A DNA stretch of 64,000 bases, taken from NCBI GenBank assembly GCA_905372035.1, contig CAJPNN010000002.1, positions 1,497 through 65,496 of the forward strand, in the 5' to 3' direction. The notes under the pieces were generated by a model. It saw only the letters and a program-made list of their open reading frames with translations, was not told where the DNA came from and did not search any database. This stretch comes from Bacillota bacterium (GTDB taxonomy: Bacteria; Bacillota; Clostridia; Peptostreptococcales; Anaerovoracaceae). Below are positions 47,201 through 62,200 of the stretch, piece after piece; the first letter of the stretch is position 1; each line of letters starts with the position of its first letter. Position numbers and translations under genes: made by a program.

Positions 47201-50200
47201 CTGCCGTCTTTAAACTTCGTATGATCAGCCATATAATCTATGCCGCTTTGAGATGTATCTATCTTAAGGGCTTTAAGGCTTACATCTTCCGAAAGTATCG
47301 TAGCGACAAGTTTATATATTCCGTCATAATAGTTGATATTATCAGTTTCATCATGATCATCAGGTCCGTCAGGAATACCCGCATTGTGTATCCTTATATA
47401 GAACATCTCTCTGATCTTGCTGACAGGAACGTCCGTGAACTCGAAGTACCCTTTGTACTTATCTCCCGGCGTGGAGTTCTTAGATTTATTTCCTATAGGC
47501 GTTCCGTTCTTATCCTGAAGCGTAATATCATCCGTATTTACCTTACTCTTAACACGAATTACGGACTTATCTCCCTCAACCATAACCTGAACGCCGTAAA
47601 TTCCTTTTATACCCTTCAAGTTGTAGATTATATTTCCGTTAGGAAGAACTGTCTTTTCATATTCGTCGCTGTCAAGGAATCCCTTTGTAACAGCGTCATT
47701 TACCGCAAGATCCTTAGCCACGACGTGTTCCATGATGATCTTGTCAGGTCTGATCAGATCAGGATTTACCACCTGTATCTCAGCCTTTGCAACATAACCT
47801 GAAACTTTATCGGTTATAGTAAGAAGTGCGGTACCCTCTTTAACTCCGAGGAGCTTCTTATTGTCAATCTGTCCTGTATTAGGATCATTAAAGAATCTTG
47901 CTATATTACCTGTTCCGGCATTAGCACCGTGAACATCTTTCTCATCCGTTATCTCCCATTTATATTCTGTCGCATTCGGTTCTATATCTCTGAACATATT
48001 GAACCTTGATGCCGTAAATTCAACATTTTCGGTTCCACCTGCAGCAATTCTGAAGCTTTCAGGCATTATCTTCATCTGTTTTCCGCTGACTAAAACAGGA
48101 GAATATTTATATGAGTCTTCAACATTTGTGAATTCTCCGCTTTCTCCGCTCTCTCCATTACCGAGCTGACCTTTATCGTTTACACCGAACGAGTACAGAT
48201 AACCGTCATTCTTGAGTACATATGAAGCTGCTCCTCCGGCCGCAATGAATATCGCATTTCTGTTGAAATATGTAACCTTAATCGGTTTTGTCTGCGAATA
48301 TCCCGTCTCTCCGTTCGCTCTTCCGACTCCGAGACGTCCGTAATCTCCGTCACCCCAAGCATATACATCGCCTTCTTCAGTCAATGCAATATTATGCGTA
48401 GCTCCTACATCAAGATCCAGTACGCCTCCGAGATCTTTCACAAGTGTAGGTCCGATCACAGGATTTTTATCCCCTGTTCCGAGCTGTCCTCTTGCATTAT
48501 CTCCCCAAGCTATAACTCTTCCGTCATTAAGGAGTGCCAAACTGTGTGACAAACCGTTATATACTCTGCTTATCTGACCCTCGAACTGACCCATATTTAT
48601 TCTTATAGGTGATCTGTAGCTCTGGTTACTGTGTTCTTCGGAACTGATCTGCTTGTTGTTGTTAGCTCCCCAAGCCCATACAGTTCCGTCATATCTCAGA
48701 ACTATGTTGCAGTTTCCGCCTGCGCCGAAACTTATATCAATGATCTTGTTTATACTCTTCACTCTTACCGGAACTCTTTCGAAATCCTTCATAGATCCGG
48801 TTCCGAGCTGACCGTGACTGTTATCTCCGAATGTATAGATATCGCCTCCCCCGGTCAGAATCACGCTGTGATCTCTTCCGCCGAGAATCTTTCTTACATT
48901 TGAGATATTAGGAAGCATGGTCGGTGTATATATAGCATTTTCGAGACTGTCAAGACCTGTCTGACCTCTCTGGTTCGATCCCCATACATAGACTCTTCCG
49001 TCCGCATCAATTGCCAATGAATGGAATTCTCCCGCAGCTACCGAAACGATCTTCTTTCCTCTCAGTGCTATGATTTCCGTAGGTTCGCTCTTGTTTCCGA
49101 GAACATTATTTCCGAGACCCAGCTGACCGTAAGCATTTCCACCCCATGACCAAACCGTTCCGTCCGCTCTTATCGCAAGCACATGTGCATTACCCGCGGC
49201 AACCATAGGCATAGCCTTGAATTCTTCAGGGATTACCCTTACTATACATCTCGACTTCATTCCGCCTTTTTCAACGATAAGCTTTGCAACACCCGGATTT
49301 CTCGCAGTTATGTTTCCTAACGGATCCACTATCGCAACTTCCATGTTGCCTATTGTAAATTCCGCTTTCGTATTGTTTGAAACTACATCGCCGAATATGT
49401 TGAAGTCATTTCCGCTGAAAGTCTTAACGAGATATTGTTCTCCGACTCTTAACAGGATCTCCGATTCCTTTATAAGTTGTTTTCTCTCGCCTATTCTTAC
49501 AGGTACATCGCTTAGGGTTTCGTTGAATTCTAAGTCCGCTCCCTGAGAATAGTCACCGAATCCGTATACATTTCCGGCATTATCCACGGCAACACTGTAT
49601 CCCGTTCCCGCACTTACTGATGTCAATACGATGTTGTCATCTGTAAACTTGGTATTTCTGATAAATGCACTCTTATTTAATTTATCGCCTACTCCGAGCT
49701 GTCCGTAATTATTCGCTCCCGAAACATATGCTTCTCCGTCTCTGTTCATAGCGACGGTATAATCTTCACCTGCGGAAACCTCGGAAATATATGTGAGCGT
49801 ATCCACCTTGGAAGGTGTCGACGAACTTCCTTCTCTTCCGAGTTGTCCTTTGTCATTCTTTCCGAATGTAATGAGATCTTCTCTGAATGTGACAACCGCA
49901 CTGTGAGCTCCGCCCGCACTTATCGCTACCGCCGAGCTTACCTTGCTTACCTTTGCAGGTCTGTAGATATATGTAGAAGCACCTTCCACTCCAAGTCTTG
50001 CATTTTCATAATTTCCTGCCGCATAAACTTCACCCGTAGATCTTAAGAACAATGAGTGTTCATTTCCTGCGGATATGGCAGTTACACTGTTTATAGGTAC
50101 AAGTGCAGGTTCTTCAAGGTATACGAGGTTATCCGAAATTCCGAGCTGACCTCTGCTGTTATCTCCCCAGCTGTAAACGTTTCCTCTCTTATCAAGCGCA

Positions 50201-53200
50201 AGGTTGAACTCATTTCCTGCCGAAATTTCAATTATATCCTTAAGTCCCGCAATCTTTGTAAAGCTGTTTGTAACACGTCCTTTTACAGTTCCGGTAAACC
50301 ATACGTTACCTTCGCTGTCAAGTGCGAGGCTGTGCATTCCTCCTGCGGCAACCGCCTTGAATTTAACACCGGAAGGTGTAACATTAACCGGTTCGTCACA
50401 GTTATCGGTGTTGCCTGTGCCGAGCTGTCCGGAATTATTTATTCCCCATGCCCAAAGCGTGCCGTCATATTTAACTGCAACGGAATGTCCCGCTTTTGTA
50501 ACAGCATCAGGCCTGAATGTCGTTCCTGCCGGTACTTTTTCAGGAAGCACAACTACCTTGATGTATGCCTCTTTATGTGTATATGCAGCTTCAGTAACAT
50601 TGATGTAACTTACCCCTTCTTTAACTGCCGCCATCTGTCCGGTATTCATCTCAACAGTCGCTACCGACATATTGCTTGACTTATAGTTAAATTCCTGTGC
50701 CGCAGTCTCGTTATTAAGAAGGTTGAAGAGTCCGAAAGCACCTTTGAGCTTCTTCTGATCTCCCTTTCTCAGATAGATTGTACCGTAAAGCGGAGTATCC
50801 GTTTCATCAAGAATCGTAACTTCGCTTCCGCCTACAATCACAGGCTCATTTCTGTCTATTCTTGTGGAATCTCCGATCTGACCTTCTTCATTTGCACCGC
50901 TCATCCAAACCGTACCGTTACCTTCTACGGAAGCAATGTTTCTGTAGCCTGCAAATATGGAGATGTTGCTCTTCTCATTTCTGTTCTTCGTAGGAACATA
51001 CCTGCTGTCGGTATTTCCCGTTCCGAGCTGACCGTTGCTGTTTATACCCCAAGTATATACTTTTCCGTCGGAAAGTATCGCTGCCGAAGTATAATCGCCC
51101 GCCGCTATATCTTTTACATCCGAAATGGAATCTATCAGCTTAGGTGTCCAAACATCATGCCAGTCACCGTTACCGAGCTGTCCGTAATATCCTTTTCCGT
51201 ATGACCAAACACGTCCGTTTACATCAAGTGCAAGCAGATGATCTTTTCCTGCCGCGATCTTTATAATCGGAACACGTTGTTTATTTTGATCTTTAAAGCC
51301 CATAAGCTTCTTAGGTACGGCGTTGTTCGTCAATGTCCAAACATCTCCGCCCGCTGTAAGTGCATAGTTTCTGCTTATGTCTCTTATATTATCCGTATAA
51401 TTGAATCTTGAAGCCTTATTCCTGTTTCCGAACGCTTCTCCGAATACATAAACTTTGCCGTCTTCGGTGAGAAGCATTACACTGTTGTCAAATGCACTGA
51501 TTTTTGAAACTCTTATGTCCGCTCCGAATTCATGTCCGTCCGTTACGACTTTCTGAATTCCCGTAACTTTTCTGTCTTCAATTCCCGCACCTAACTGTCC
51601 GTATGTATTATCTCCGAACGAATATACTTTTCCGCTCTCGGAAACTGCATAAGTGGCATTCTTACCTGCCGCTATATATTTTATTATCTCTTTTATCGGC
51701 TGACTTCCGCCCGCACTTATAACGACTTCTTTTATTGCTCCTCCCGCCGCGTCATGTCCGAGCTGACCGTTACTGTTATTGCCCCAAGTCCAAAGTGTAC
51801 CGTCCGCCTTAAGTGCTACAGTATGAGTGTTTCCTACAGCAATCATAGGATATGCGGTCTTTCCTGTTACGACAACTGTCAGATATCCTTTCGCACTGCT
51901 TGTGGCACTCGTCACTTCAAGTATTGCAACTCCTTCTTTAAGAGCCCTTACTTTAGTATCCGCTCCGTTGGTCTTCAAAACATCCGAATTCTTGGAATTG
52001 ATTACGTATGCGCCTAATTTTTTACCGTCCTTTAAGAGGTTTATACTCTCCGACTCGGAAACCGTGATCATATCCTTGATATCCACGTCGTTATTTGCAT
52101 CTACAGGGAGCTTTATCGAATTAGGAACTGCCGATATACTGTTCTTTCCTGCAATCACAGGTACATAGGAATCATCCGTATCTTCATTACCGAGCTGCGA
52201 GTAATTGTTCCAACCGAAACTCCAAACATATCCGTCAACTTTGGAAGTTACGGAATGTCCGTAACCCGCCGCTATCTTCTCGATCTTATCCGCACCTACA
52301 TTAGGGTAAGTGGAAACCTGTGCAGGTTTCAATGTCTCCGAATAAACGTTTTCATTTCCTACCTGTCCCTTATCGTTCAGACCCCAAGCGTAAACCTTTC
52401 CGTCTTTTGAAAGTGCAAGACTGTATCTATATCCTGCCGATATTCTCTTGAGTGAAGGAAGCGCAGTATTGTCATTTGCCTCCGTTATCTTCCTTGCATT
52501 GTTTCTTCCTTTCTTCTCGCCGTCACCGAGCTGTCCGTAGTCACTGTTACCGAACGTCCAGAGTGCACCGTCTTCGTCGAGTGCGAGCGTATGGTTATTG
52601 CTTGAAGAAAGTTCGGTTATATTGGCAAGATCGCTCTTTCTTAAAACTACAGTTTCTTTTATGTCCGCAGGAACCACCCAAACAGTCTCATCCGACTTGA
52701 GTGCATATCCTCCTGAAATCGAAACCGTTCTGTTCAACAATGAAAGAAGTATCGGTGTACCTCCGAAGCTCGTTCCCGAACCTCCGATTTCATTTCCGAA
52801 CGCATATACGTTACCGTTGTTATCAACGGCATAACTGCTTGTTTCACCCGTTCCGAGTTCAGCAAACTCAATATCGTCAACACCGCTTATCATTGCAGGC
52901 TTTGACTGATCGCCCGATCTTCCGAGCTGTCCTTTGTCATTCAGTCCCCACGACCATACATGACCTTTGTTATCAAGTGCCAATACATGACTTCTTCCTG
53001 CTTTTATCTTAGTTATATATGTATCAGGATCATTTCCGAATACGATATTCATAGGGAATATTCTGTTCTCCGTCGATCCGTCTCCAAGCTGTCCGACATC
53101 ATTCTTACCCCAAGCATATACCGTTCCGTTAGCTCTCAAAATCACGGTAAAGCCTTCTCCCGACGCAACATCGGGACTTGCAAGATACTTAACCGTTCCC

Positions 53201-56200
53201 GCATCGGCTCCGAGAACCGTAACTTCGCATATAGCATTCTTACCCTTTGCGCTTACTACAACCTTTGTCTTGCCCGCAGCAACAGGAACAAGTTTTCCGT
53301 TTTCGACTCTTACTACCGATTCGTCAAGACTTCTCGCACTTATGCTCGCTGTGCTGTCAACATCTTTATATACGTTGAAGAACAGATTGTATCTTCCCGT
53401 AATATCCTTGAGATCATTATCTCCCACTTTTATCGTTATATGATATTTATCCAAGTCGATATAATCTCCTCCGACTTTGACCGGATAAATATTCTGTACC
53501 ATAGTCTCATCTCCGAGCTGTCCGCTTGTGTTTGCACCCCAAGCATAAACATCTCCGTTTTCAAGTATGGCAAGTGAATGTGCGTTTCCTGCACCTATTC
53601 CGCCGACCTTTGCACCGGTATCCTTAGGCACTGAAATCTTCACAGGTGTTGCTCTGTTTGCAAGTACTCCGTCTCCGAGTTTACCGTTCAAAGCGCTTCC
53701 CCATGTATAGATGTTTCCGTCCATATCGGTAACGATTATCTGACTGTCTCCCGCATCCGATCCGCCGATCGCTATATTGTCAATATTCTTCATAGCGGCA
53801 TGCGTCGCATCTTCTATCAGATATGGCGTATTGCACACATCCATACCTGCCGCATTCACATTGTTAACCTGTGAAGAACTGTTGTCTCCCCAGATAACCG
53901 CATTTCCGTCATCAAGTACGGCAGCCATATTCATAGCTCCGCCGACAAGTTTATTTGCATTCTTTATGTTCTTAACTCCGACTATCGTAGCCGAATACGA
54001 ACTTGTACTTCCGTCACCGAGTTGTCCCTTACTGTTGTCTCCGAAGCTCCAAACGCTTCCGTCTCCGAGGACCAAAGCTCCGCTTCTATATGAGGCCGCA
54101 ATTTCAACGGCGCCTCTTACAACTCCGCTTCCGCCTTTACCCTTTACAAGCTCAGGAGTAGGATGCTGAGATCCGTCTATAGTATTAAGTCCCAGTTGTC
54201 CGTGAGTGTTTCTTCCCCATGAATACACCCTTCCGTCCGCATCAAGAGCAAGTGCGAAGCTGTCACCCGCTTTTATATCCACAATGCTGCTTATCGCTGT
54301 GATCTTAATCGGCATATTTCTGCTGCCATAGTAGTAGTTGCTGTAACCAAGCTGTCCGTAACTGTTGAGACCCCATGAATAAACGTTTCCGTCCGCATCA
54401 AGAGCCAGTGCAAAATCCGTTCCGGCAGCTATCTTTATTATATTCTTGAACTCAAATATCTCGCCCTGATACTTGCTTTCATATTTTGTAACTTTTTGCG
54501 GCAACACAGCCTGAGGGGTACTGTTTGCGATTCCAAGCTGTCCCGCTCTGTTAAGTCCCCAAGTCCAAACCGTGCCGTCCGCCTTGAGGGCTACCGTAAA
54601 GTCTTTTCCCCCTACAACCTGAGGATTTGTAAATCCGTCAGAAACTATTATCTTGCACGATATAGTCTTTCCTGTCACATTGTCTTTCGCTATAACGCTT
54701 GTTTCACCGTTTTTCAATCCTGTAACGGTTACTTCTCCGTTATTTCCCGCATTTATTGATGCAATCCTCGAGTTCAGCACTCTCCATGAAATTGATGATG
54801 ACTGCGCAATTTCTCCGAATACGAAGAACGGTTTTCCGTCGTTTTCAACGGTAACTTTATCACTCTCATTCGGTTTTACTCTGATGAGTTTCTTCGAAAT
54901 CTTAAGAGGAACACTTCCTACAACTGTAGGATATGTCTGATTTCCTCCCACCGTTCCGTCTCCAAGCTGACCCAGATTGTTTGCACCCCAAGAGAATACG
55001 CCTCCGAGCTCATTTATAGCCAGTGCATATCTTCCTGTTGACGCCGATGTCACATACATAATATTTTTAATCGGCTCACCTGTTATATTGTCCTTGAGCA
55101 CTTTTGCAGCAAGCGAATAATTTCCGCCTACAACAGTGTTTCCAAGCTGTCCCTGATCATTTTGACCCCAGCTCCAAATCGTTCCGTCATGAGCAAGTGC
55201 AAAGCTTCCTCTAACGGTTGCGGCTACAGAAGCTATACCTGTCAGATCCGCCTTATTGTCAGGTGTTCTTACCGGAACAGCATATAAGTTGTAGTAATCG
55301 TATTTTCCGTTTCCGATGGCTCCTTCCGCATTATATCCCGAGCTTAAAACTCTATTTTTAAACTGTTTTGAAGGATCTTCTCCCGGAGGCAGTTCTTTAT
55401 CAAACTCATAAACGTTCAGTACGGTATGATGTTCTCCTACTGCAACATGGGATACTCCTTTTATCGGTCCCTGATTCTTTCCTTTTTGTGCAAGCTGTAC
55501 TCTCGATTTCGTTGACTGTTCGCCCGTGGATAATTCTCCATAGTTGTTATATCCGGCACCGAGAACCGTTGCATCCTTATTCAGAATACTCATCCTATAT
55601 CTGTTCGGATAAGCCTCGAATGCATTATTTACACCGGCAACTTTCGTAGGAGTATACATTACTCCTCCTGATAAAGTTCCGAGCTTATAATAGTCGTTTC
55701 CTCCCCAAGCGTATGCCGTACCTTTTTCGGTTACTGCAACCGCTGAATAGTAATCAGCCGAGATCGAAACGATCTTTCCTGTCTTTTCATCGCCGAGGAA
55801 ACCTGTTCCGCCCACACCTTTTACCTGAACAGGTGCATGCTGATTATATCTCGCTCCGGTACCCTGTCCCAAAGCGCCGTTTCCGTCATTATATCCCCAA
55901 GCGTAAACCGTGCCGTCTTTCAAAAGTGCAAGAGCGAAGTAATCTCCCGCAGCGATGTCTTTTACATCCTTAAGCGGCTGACCGTTCGACATAACCACCT
56001 GTACAGGTGAAAGAACTTCTTTCTTGCTCTCGTCGTTTATTCCGAGCTGTCCATATTCGTTATTTCCCCATGTCCATACGGTTCCGTCGGCCTTGAGCGC
56101 CATTCCGAAGCTTCCGCCTGCAACAGTTTTAGGGAATACCGGATTCTCTATATTAAGATCTGCCGGAAGTACTTTTATCTGGCATATTCCATACAATCCC

Positions 56201-59200
56201 GATTCTTTATCATAAAGAACTATCTTAGCTTCTCCCGGTTTGTGGTAAGTCAACTTATGAAGCGAATCGTTCGATATCGAAACCACGTCAGGATTTGTAG
56301 ACGCAGCTCTTATCGCAACATCTCCTAAAGGTATGTCGTCACCGAACACATTGAATCCGGACGTTACCGTTGCATGAAGCTTGATACCTTCATCGCCTAC
56401 CTTAACGAGCAATCTGTTGTCAGGTATACCCGAAACAATCATGCGCCTTACGCCTGCCGTAGTAGGTTTGCTGTATGATTCGAAGCTTCCGTTACCTATC
56501 TGTCCGTTTGCTCCGAGTCCCCATACATATACATTTCCTTCTCTTGATATTGCTGCGGAGTTGGACGCCATATCACTCGTAGCCACATATATGGCCTTAT
56601 TGAAAGGTTTATCCTCTTCTTCCGCTTTTACCTTGCCGAACTCATATTTATGGGCATTGTCACCCGTTCCGAGCTGTCCGTACGCATTGTTTCCGGAAGA
56701 GTAGATATTTCCGAAGCTTGCCTTTGTCTCATCGTCAAATACATCGTTGCTTATAAGGGCGAGCGTACTCATTCCTCCGTCAAGCATAACGACGTCTTTA
56801 AGTGACATTGCCGTAGGCGCTACATTATAGGCCTGTCTTCCGAGCTGTCCTTCAACGCTTCTTCCCCAACCTATAACCTGATTATCGCTTGTTATGGCAA
56901 ATGCGCTTCCGTGACCTGACGCTATTGCAACGGCTTTCAGACCGTCTCCTATATTAACCGCCTGTATCGCCTCTCTCTTGGCTTCTCCATATTCGCCGTA
57001 ATCAGCTATACCCATAGCGTATACGGTACCGCTTGCAGAAAGCATATATGAAGTTCTTATCGTATTTGCGGATATCGCAATTATATCGGCTACAGGAATC
57101 TTAACAGGCAGAGTAAACTCTCCCGCACCGGTTTCCGAAATCTGTCTGCCGTTATTTATACCGAATCCGTAAACTTCATTTTTATCCGATAATGCCAGTG
57201 TGAATCCGTAACCTTCATATCCGCCGGCACTTACCTTAACTATCTTTATATTGTTATCCGTAAAGAATTTTACTTCTTCAGGTGTATCCAAATTCTTCTT
57301 AGGGTTTCCGTGACCGAGCTGACCGTAGTTGTCACATCCCCAGGTATATACTTTTCCGTCAGCCGTAGCCGCCACAACATAGTTGTGTCCTGCGGACAAG
57401 CTGACAACACCGTCCATAACCTTTTGAGGTGCGGTCTCTATGCCGCCCGTATATCCGAGACCGAGCTGACCGTAATCGTTAAGTCCCCATGAATATACTT
57501 CTCCGTTGGCTTTCAGCGCAACGGTAAACTCATGTCCCACATCCACGGACGGATAAGTTATGAATTTCTTGGTAACCGTCTTATCATCCGGAACAACGAG
57601 TACTTTTATAAATAACTCTTTAGTTTCTCCGCCGTCAGGTTTTATAGATATCTTTATAAATGTCTGTCCTACACCCGTTGCGGAAATTTCCCCGTCATTT
57701 TTCACGGTTGCAACCGCAGCGTTACGACTTTCGTAAGAAATGCTCACGTTAGGCTGTTGCATTTCTTTTATAACGTTGAACGTAGGGTTCACGGATGCAA
57801 GATCCGCCGCGGAGTATTTAGCGTCTTTTCTGAGCAATATCTCATGCTTAGCCGCACCTACAGACATCTCTCCGCCAACCTTCACAGCCGTATTCGTTTT
57901 ATCAACAATCTCGGAATTTCCGAGCTGAATATTTCTGTTTTCGCCGTAAGCCCACAGTGTACCGTCTTCCGCAATTGCAATTACATGCTTTCCACCCTTG
58001 GAAACCGCAGCACCTATCACTTTGCCCAGAGGTTTTCCGCTGTCTTTTGCCAATGCTTCAAACGTAACCGCCGCAGAAGTGGAATTTGCGAATTTTCCGT
58101 TTCCGAGCTGTCCGCTTGTTCCTTCTCCCGACATCAGAAGCTTACCGTTTTCATCTATCGTATAAACCGTATCACTTCCGCCCATGACTACGATATTGTC
58201 TCTTCCGGTCATAGTCTCAGGACGAGCGAGCACTCCATTTTTAGCCGACAACATATAGTTTGCGTTATTTCCGAAACCGTAGATCTTGCCTGTTATATCC
58301 TCGTTAGGTTTCTCATTGTTTTCAAGCATGTATGTTATCGCCATACCGTTCTTATCTGCGGCTCCGATTCCCATAGCGGAGTTTGTGAGAGGAACGGTTG
58401 TCGGATATGCTTCTCCCGTGTTTCCGATACCGTATTCATAGTTTCTGTTCGATCCCATAACGGCTACCGCACCGCTATTTTTGAGAACATATAAAGTATT
58501 TCCTTTTCCTACGGCGATATCTCTACCGTCCGTTATAGGAAGAAGTTTAGGAACCTTATACATAGTCTCATCGGATTTAGCCAACTGTTTATATGTATTG
58601 TCACCGAATGCATAAATCTTTCCGTCAGAAGCCAGCGCTACCGCAAAGCTGCTGTTTTCATCGCTTCCGCCCGCCTGTATCGCCACTATGTTTGATAAGA
58701 ACTCCGTTCCGCTTTCCTGTTCTCCCTTCAGAACTTTAACCGGAACATTGCTGTTATCGGTCTTATCCGTTCCTAACTGTCCTTTATGATTTCTTCCCCA
58801 TGACCATACGTTGCCGGATTTATCCAAAGCGAGCATAAACTCATGTGCCGCCGCAATCTTTATAATGTTTGACAGCCCCGACACTTTTTCAGGGTATGTG
58901 GTATTTCCGTTATAGCTTCCGTTTCCTAACTGTCCGTAGTCGTTGTTACCCCATATCCATACGGTTCCGTCCGCTCTTAACGCTGCCGAGAATTTATTTC
59001 CCAAAGCGACCTGAGGGAACGCCTTTGCCCCCGACGGAGCGACTTCAACCTTAATAGCCGCCGTAGACACGGAATCTCCTACAATATTTACTATTACATA
59101 AGTGGTTCCCACTCCTACAGCAGTTATTTTACCGCTTCTCGGATCCACTTTAACTATATCTTCTTTTCCGTTCCATGTCTGCCAGTTGAACTCGGCTTCC

Positions 59201-62200
59201 ACTCCCGTTCCCGTCGAAACGTCGAACAGATTGAACGAATCTTTAACAGGCTTATTAGGAGTTTCTTCTCCGCCTACGCTGAGCGAGTACAGATATTTAT
59301 CCATTGTGAGATAGGATTTTCCTACTCTCTCAGGTTCTCCTACGGTTTGAGTTCCTCCTATACCGAGTCTTCCCGCATAGTTGTTACCCGTTGCCCAAAG
59401 ACTTCCGTTTTCTTTTATGATAAACGTCGATGATATTCCGTCACCGAGTGAAACCGCCGTGCTGACAGCATCGTTAAACGGCGCTCCCTGCACATCGGAT
59501 TTACCCGCATGCATGTTCTTGACTTCATCGCTGTTTATCATTGTTTCGCCGAGACCCATAGGATATCTGTATCCCGCAGAACCCGTTACATAAACTTTAC
59601 CGTCGGTCTTGATCATCGTGGAATATCCGCGCGTCACGGTCCCCTGTATAGGGAAATTGCCTTCCGCATCTTTTGACAGAGCTTCTACTTTTGTAGGAAG
59701 GTTCAAAGTGGCGGCATTATTTCCGAGGCCTCCTTCTCCGTTCCATCCCCACATATATACTTCTCCGTCTATAGTAGTTACCATGCAGTTGTGCCATCCG
59801 AAGGTTGCAAAGATTACCTGCTTGTTGAGAACCGGAGCCACCGCTCTGTATCCGGAATCTACACCGTCACCTTTTGCGCCATAACCCGAATATCCCCAAA
59901 TTCTCAAGGATCCGTCATCAAGTACCGCTCCTGAATGGTGTGCAACGGTATCTGCTACCAGACTTCTTATCTTTCCTATAGTTCCGTTGTTCTTACTTAC
60001 ATTTACCGGTATTTTTATAATTGTATTTCCGCCTATGCTCGGATCGAGCGCCTGACAATAGTTCCTTCCGAAAGCATAGAGATTACCTTCTCTGTCCATA
60101 GCAAATGAAGTTGCGGCATAATCTCTATATCCGGCCGCTCCTATCTGAACTATGTTCTTAAGTCTCGAATCAGGGTTGTTTGAGCTGTAATCAACTCCTA
60201 CAACCTGCTTTGCAAGCGGTGCTACATTATTATCGCCCGATTTGTCATCACCTAAAGCTCCGATTCTTCCGTAACCCCAAGCGAACACTCTTCCGTATTT
60301 GTCGAGTGCCAAGCTGTGATCATATCCTGTCGCTATGCTTACAATATCCGTAAGCTTTATAGCATCCGTTCCTATAGTTCCGTTTCCGTTTTCATCACCT
60401 ATCTCAAGTCTCATAACCTGAACATGGAACTCGGAATTTCCGCCTACAGTTCCGTTTCCGAGCTGTCCTACGGAATTATCACCGAAGCTCCAAACGGTTC
60501 CGTCCGCCTTAAGCGCCAGTGTAAATGCATGCCCCGCTTTAACGACAGGGTTTGCAATAAAGTTGCTGTTCTTAGGTATTACATTTATTTTAATGTAGCC
60601 TACTCCGCCTTTTTCGGTATCTTTAACTACTATGTATGCAAGTCCTGTTCTGAGCAGACTGATTTTTCCGGTATTTTTATCCACCGTTGCGACTTTTTCA
60701 TTTAAGGAAGTGAATTCCAAGGTGTTAGGCGCATATCCCGAATCTCTCAAAACGTTAAACGCTTCATTCCCTAAAATTTTACTCTTATCTATATTAACCA
60801 CATCTCCGACCTGTAACGCCGAAACAACAGTATCATCTTTCAAGAGTACCGCTCCGTCATATATCCTTACAGTCTGAGATGTTCCGTCTCTGTCAAGTGT
60901 TGCAAACTTAATCTTAAGATGAGGGTTTCCGTTATTTAAAACTCTTACAGGCGTCAACCTCGAAGTTACGCTGCCGTCACCAAGCTGACCTGCGTCGTTA
61001 AGACCCCACGTAAATACATTACCGTTCATCTTTATAGCTGCAGCGTGATATCCCTGTCCCGACATGCCTAAAGACATAACAGCTCCGAGTTTTTCTTCTC
61101 CTGTTTCTCCTCCTGCAACTTCCATAGGAGTTCCCATAACGTCTCCGGTTTTACCTGTTCCCCATTCGCCGTTATGACCATAGCCCCATGAAAGTACTCT
61201 GTCCATCATCTTTTTCTCGGTAACTGCCGGAGTTCCCGGATCCGTTCCCGAGCCCGGTACCGCAGGGGTAACGATTACTTCGACCTCTCCGTACTGCCTT
61301 GCATATCCCGAGTCGGCTATTGTCGAAAGTTCGACAATCTTACTCAGCATCGTCTTTTCCGGAACAAGCGCGCTTCTGCTCTCAACCTTTCCGTTTGCAA
61401 GCATTCCGTTACCGTTCCAGCCCCATGCATATACGTCTCCGTCTTTATCGAGAGCCATTGCTCCGCTTTGCCAACCGCTCACCTGTACTATATTTTTAAG
61501 TGTCTTTTCTTCTCCTACACCCTTTACCATCATAGGCACATTGACATTAGATGCATGACCTATTCCCAAATGTCCCGAATCGTTATGTCCCCATCCGTAA
61601 AGTGTTCCCGTTTCCGTTATCGCATAACCTCTCGCAACGGCATATCCATGATTATTCAAGCCTGCCGCCGCAATGGAAACTATCTTATTTATGTGCTGCT
61701 TATGGGTATCTCCTCCTACAACCAAAACAGGCAGCTTGCTGTTTTCATTTGTTGCATTTCCGAGCTGACCATACGCATTTCCGCCCCAAGTGTATACTCT
61801 TCCGTCTTTTGCAAGAGCCATTGAGAATGTCGGACCTGCACGCACTTCCACTATATTTCTGAGAATGTCTTTGCCTGTAGGATCCTTAACCTGAACAGGT
61901 GACAAGATGACAGCTTCTCCGTCGTTTCCGACCTGCCCCAAAACGTTATCTCCCCATGACCAAATTGTTCCGTCATTTGAAAGTGCAAGTACATGTGCTC
62001 TTATACCGCTCCTGTTGGCTCCACCTGTCGAAATCATGATGATATTTCCAAGCGGTTTACCTCCGTTCATTACCTGAATCGGTGTAACGGAGTTGTCTTT
62101 CGTTCCGTTGCCGAGCTGACCTGTCGCATTATTGCCCCAAGTCCATACAGTTCCGTCCGCCTTTAACGCTACCGTATTATATCTTCCTACCGCAACCTGC

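Noticed and set aside
46573-47802. 409-aa plus-strand ORF, and many others of 60-245 aa (for example 27214-27882, 28132-28788, 50056-50679, 52960-53577, 53777-54169, 57757-58494), antisense to the giant gene
   Set aside because: They are Ile/Arg/Tyr/Ser/Cys/Phe-rich low-complexity translations with no domain signatures or SD sequences. They lie opposite a frame with clear, periodic protein-domain structure, and are typical stop-poor antisense frames of an AT-rich coding region.
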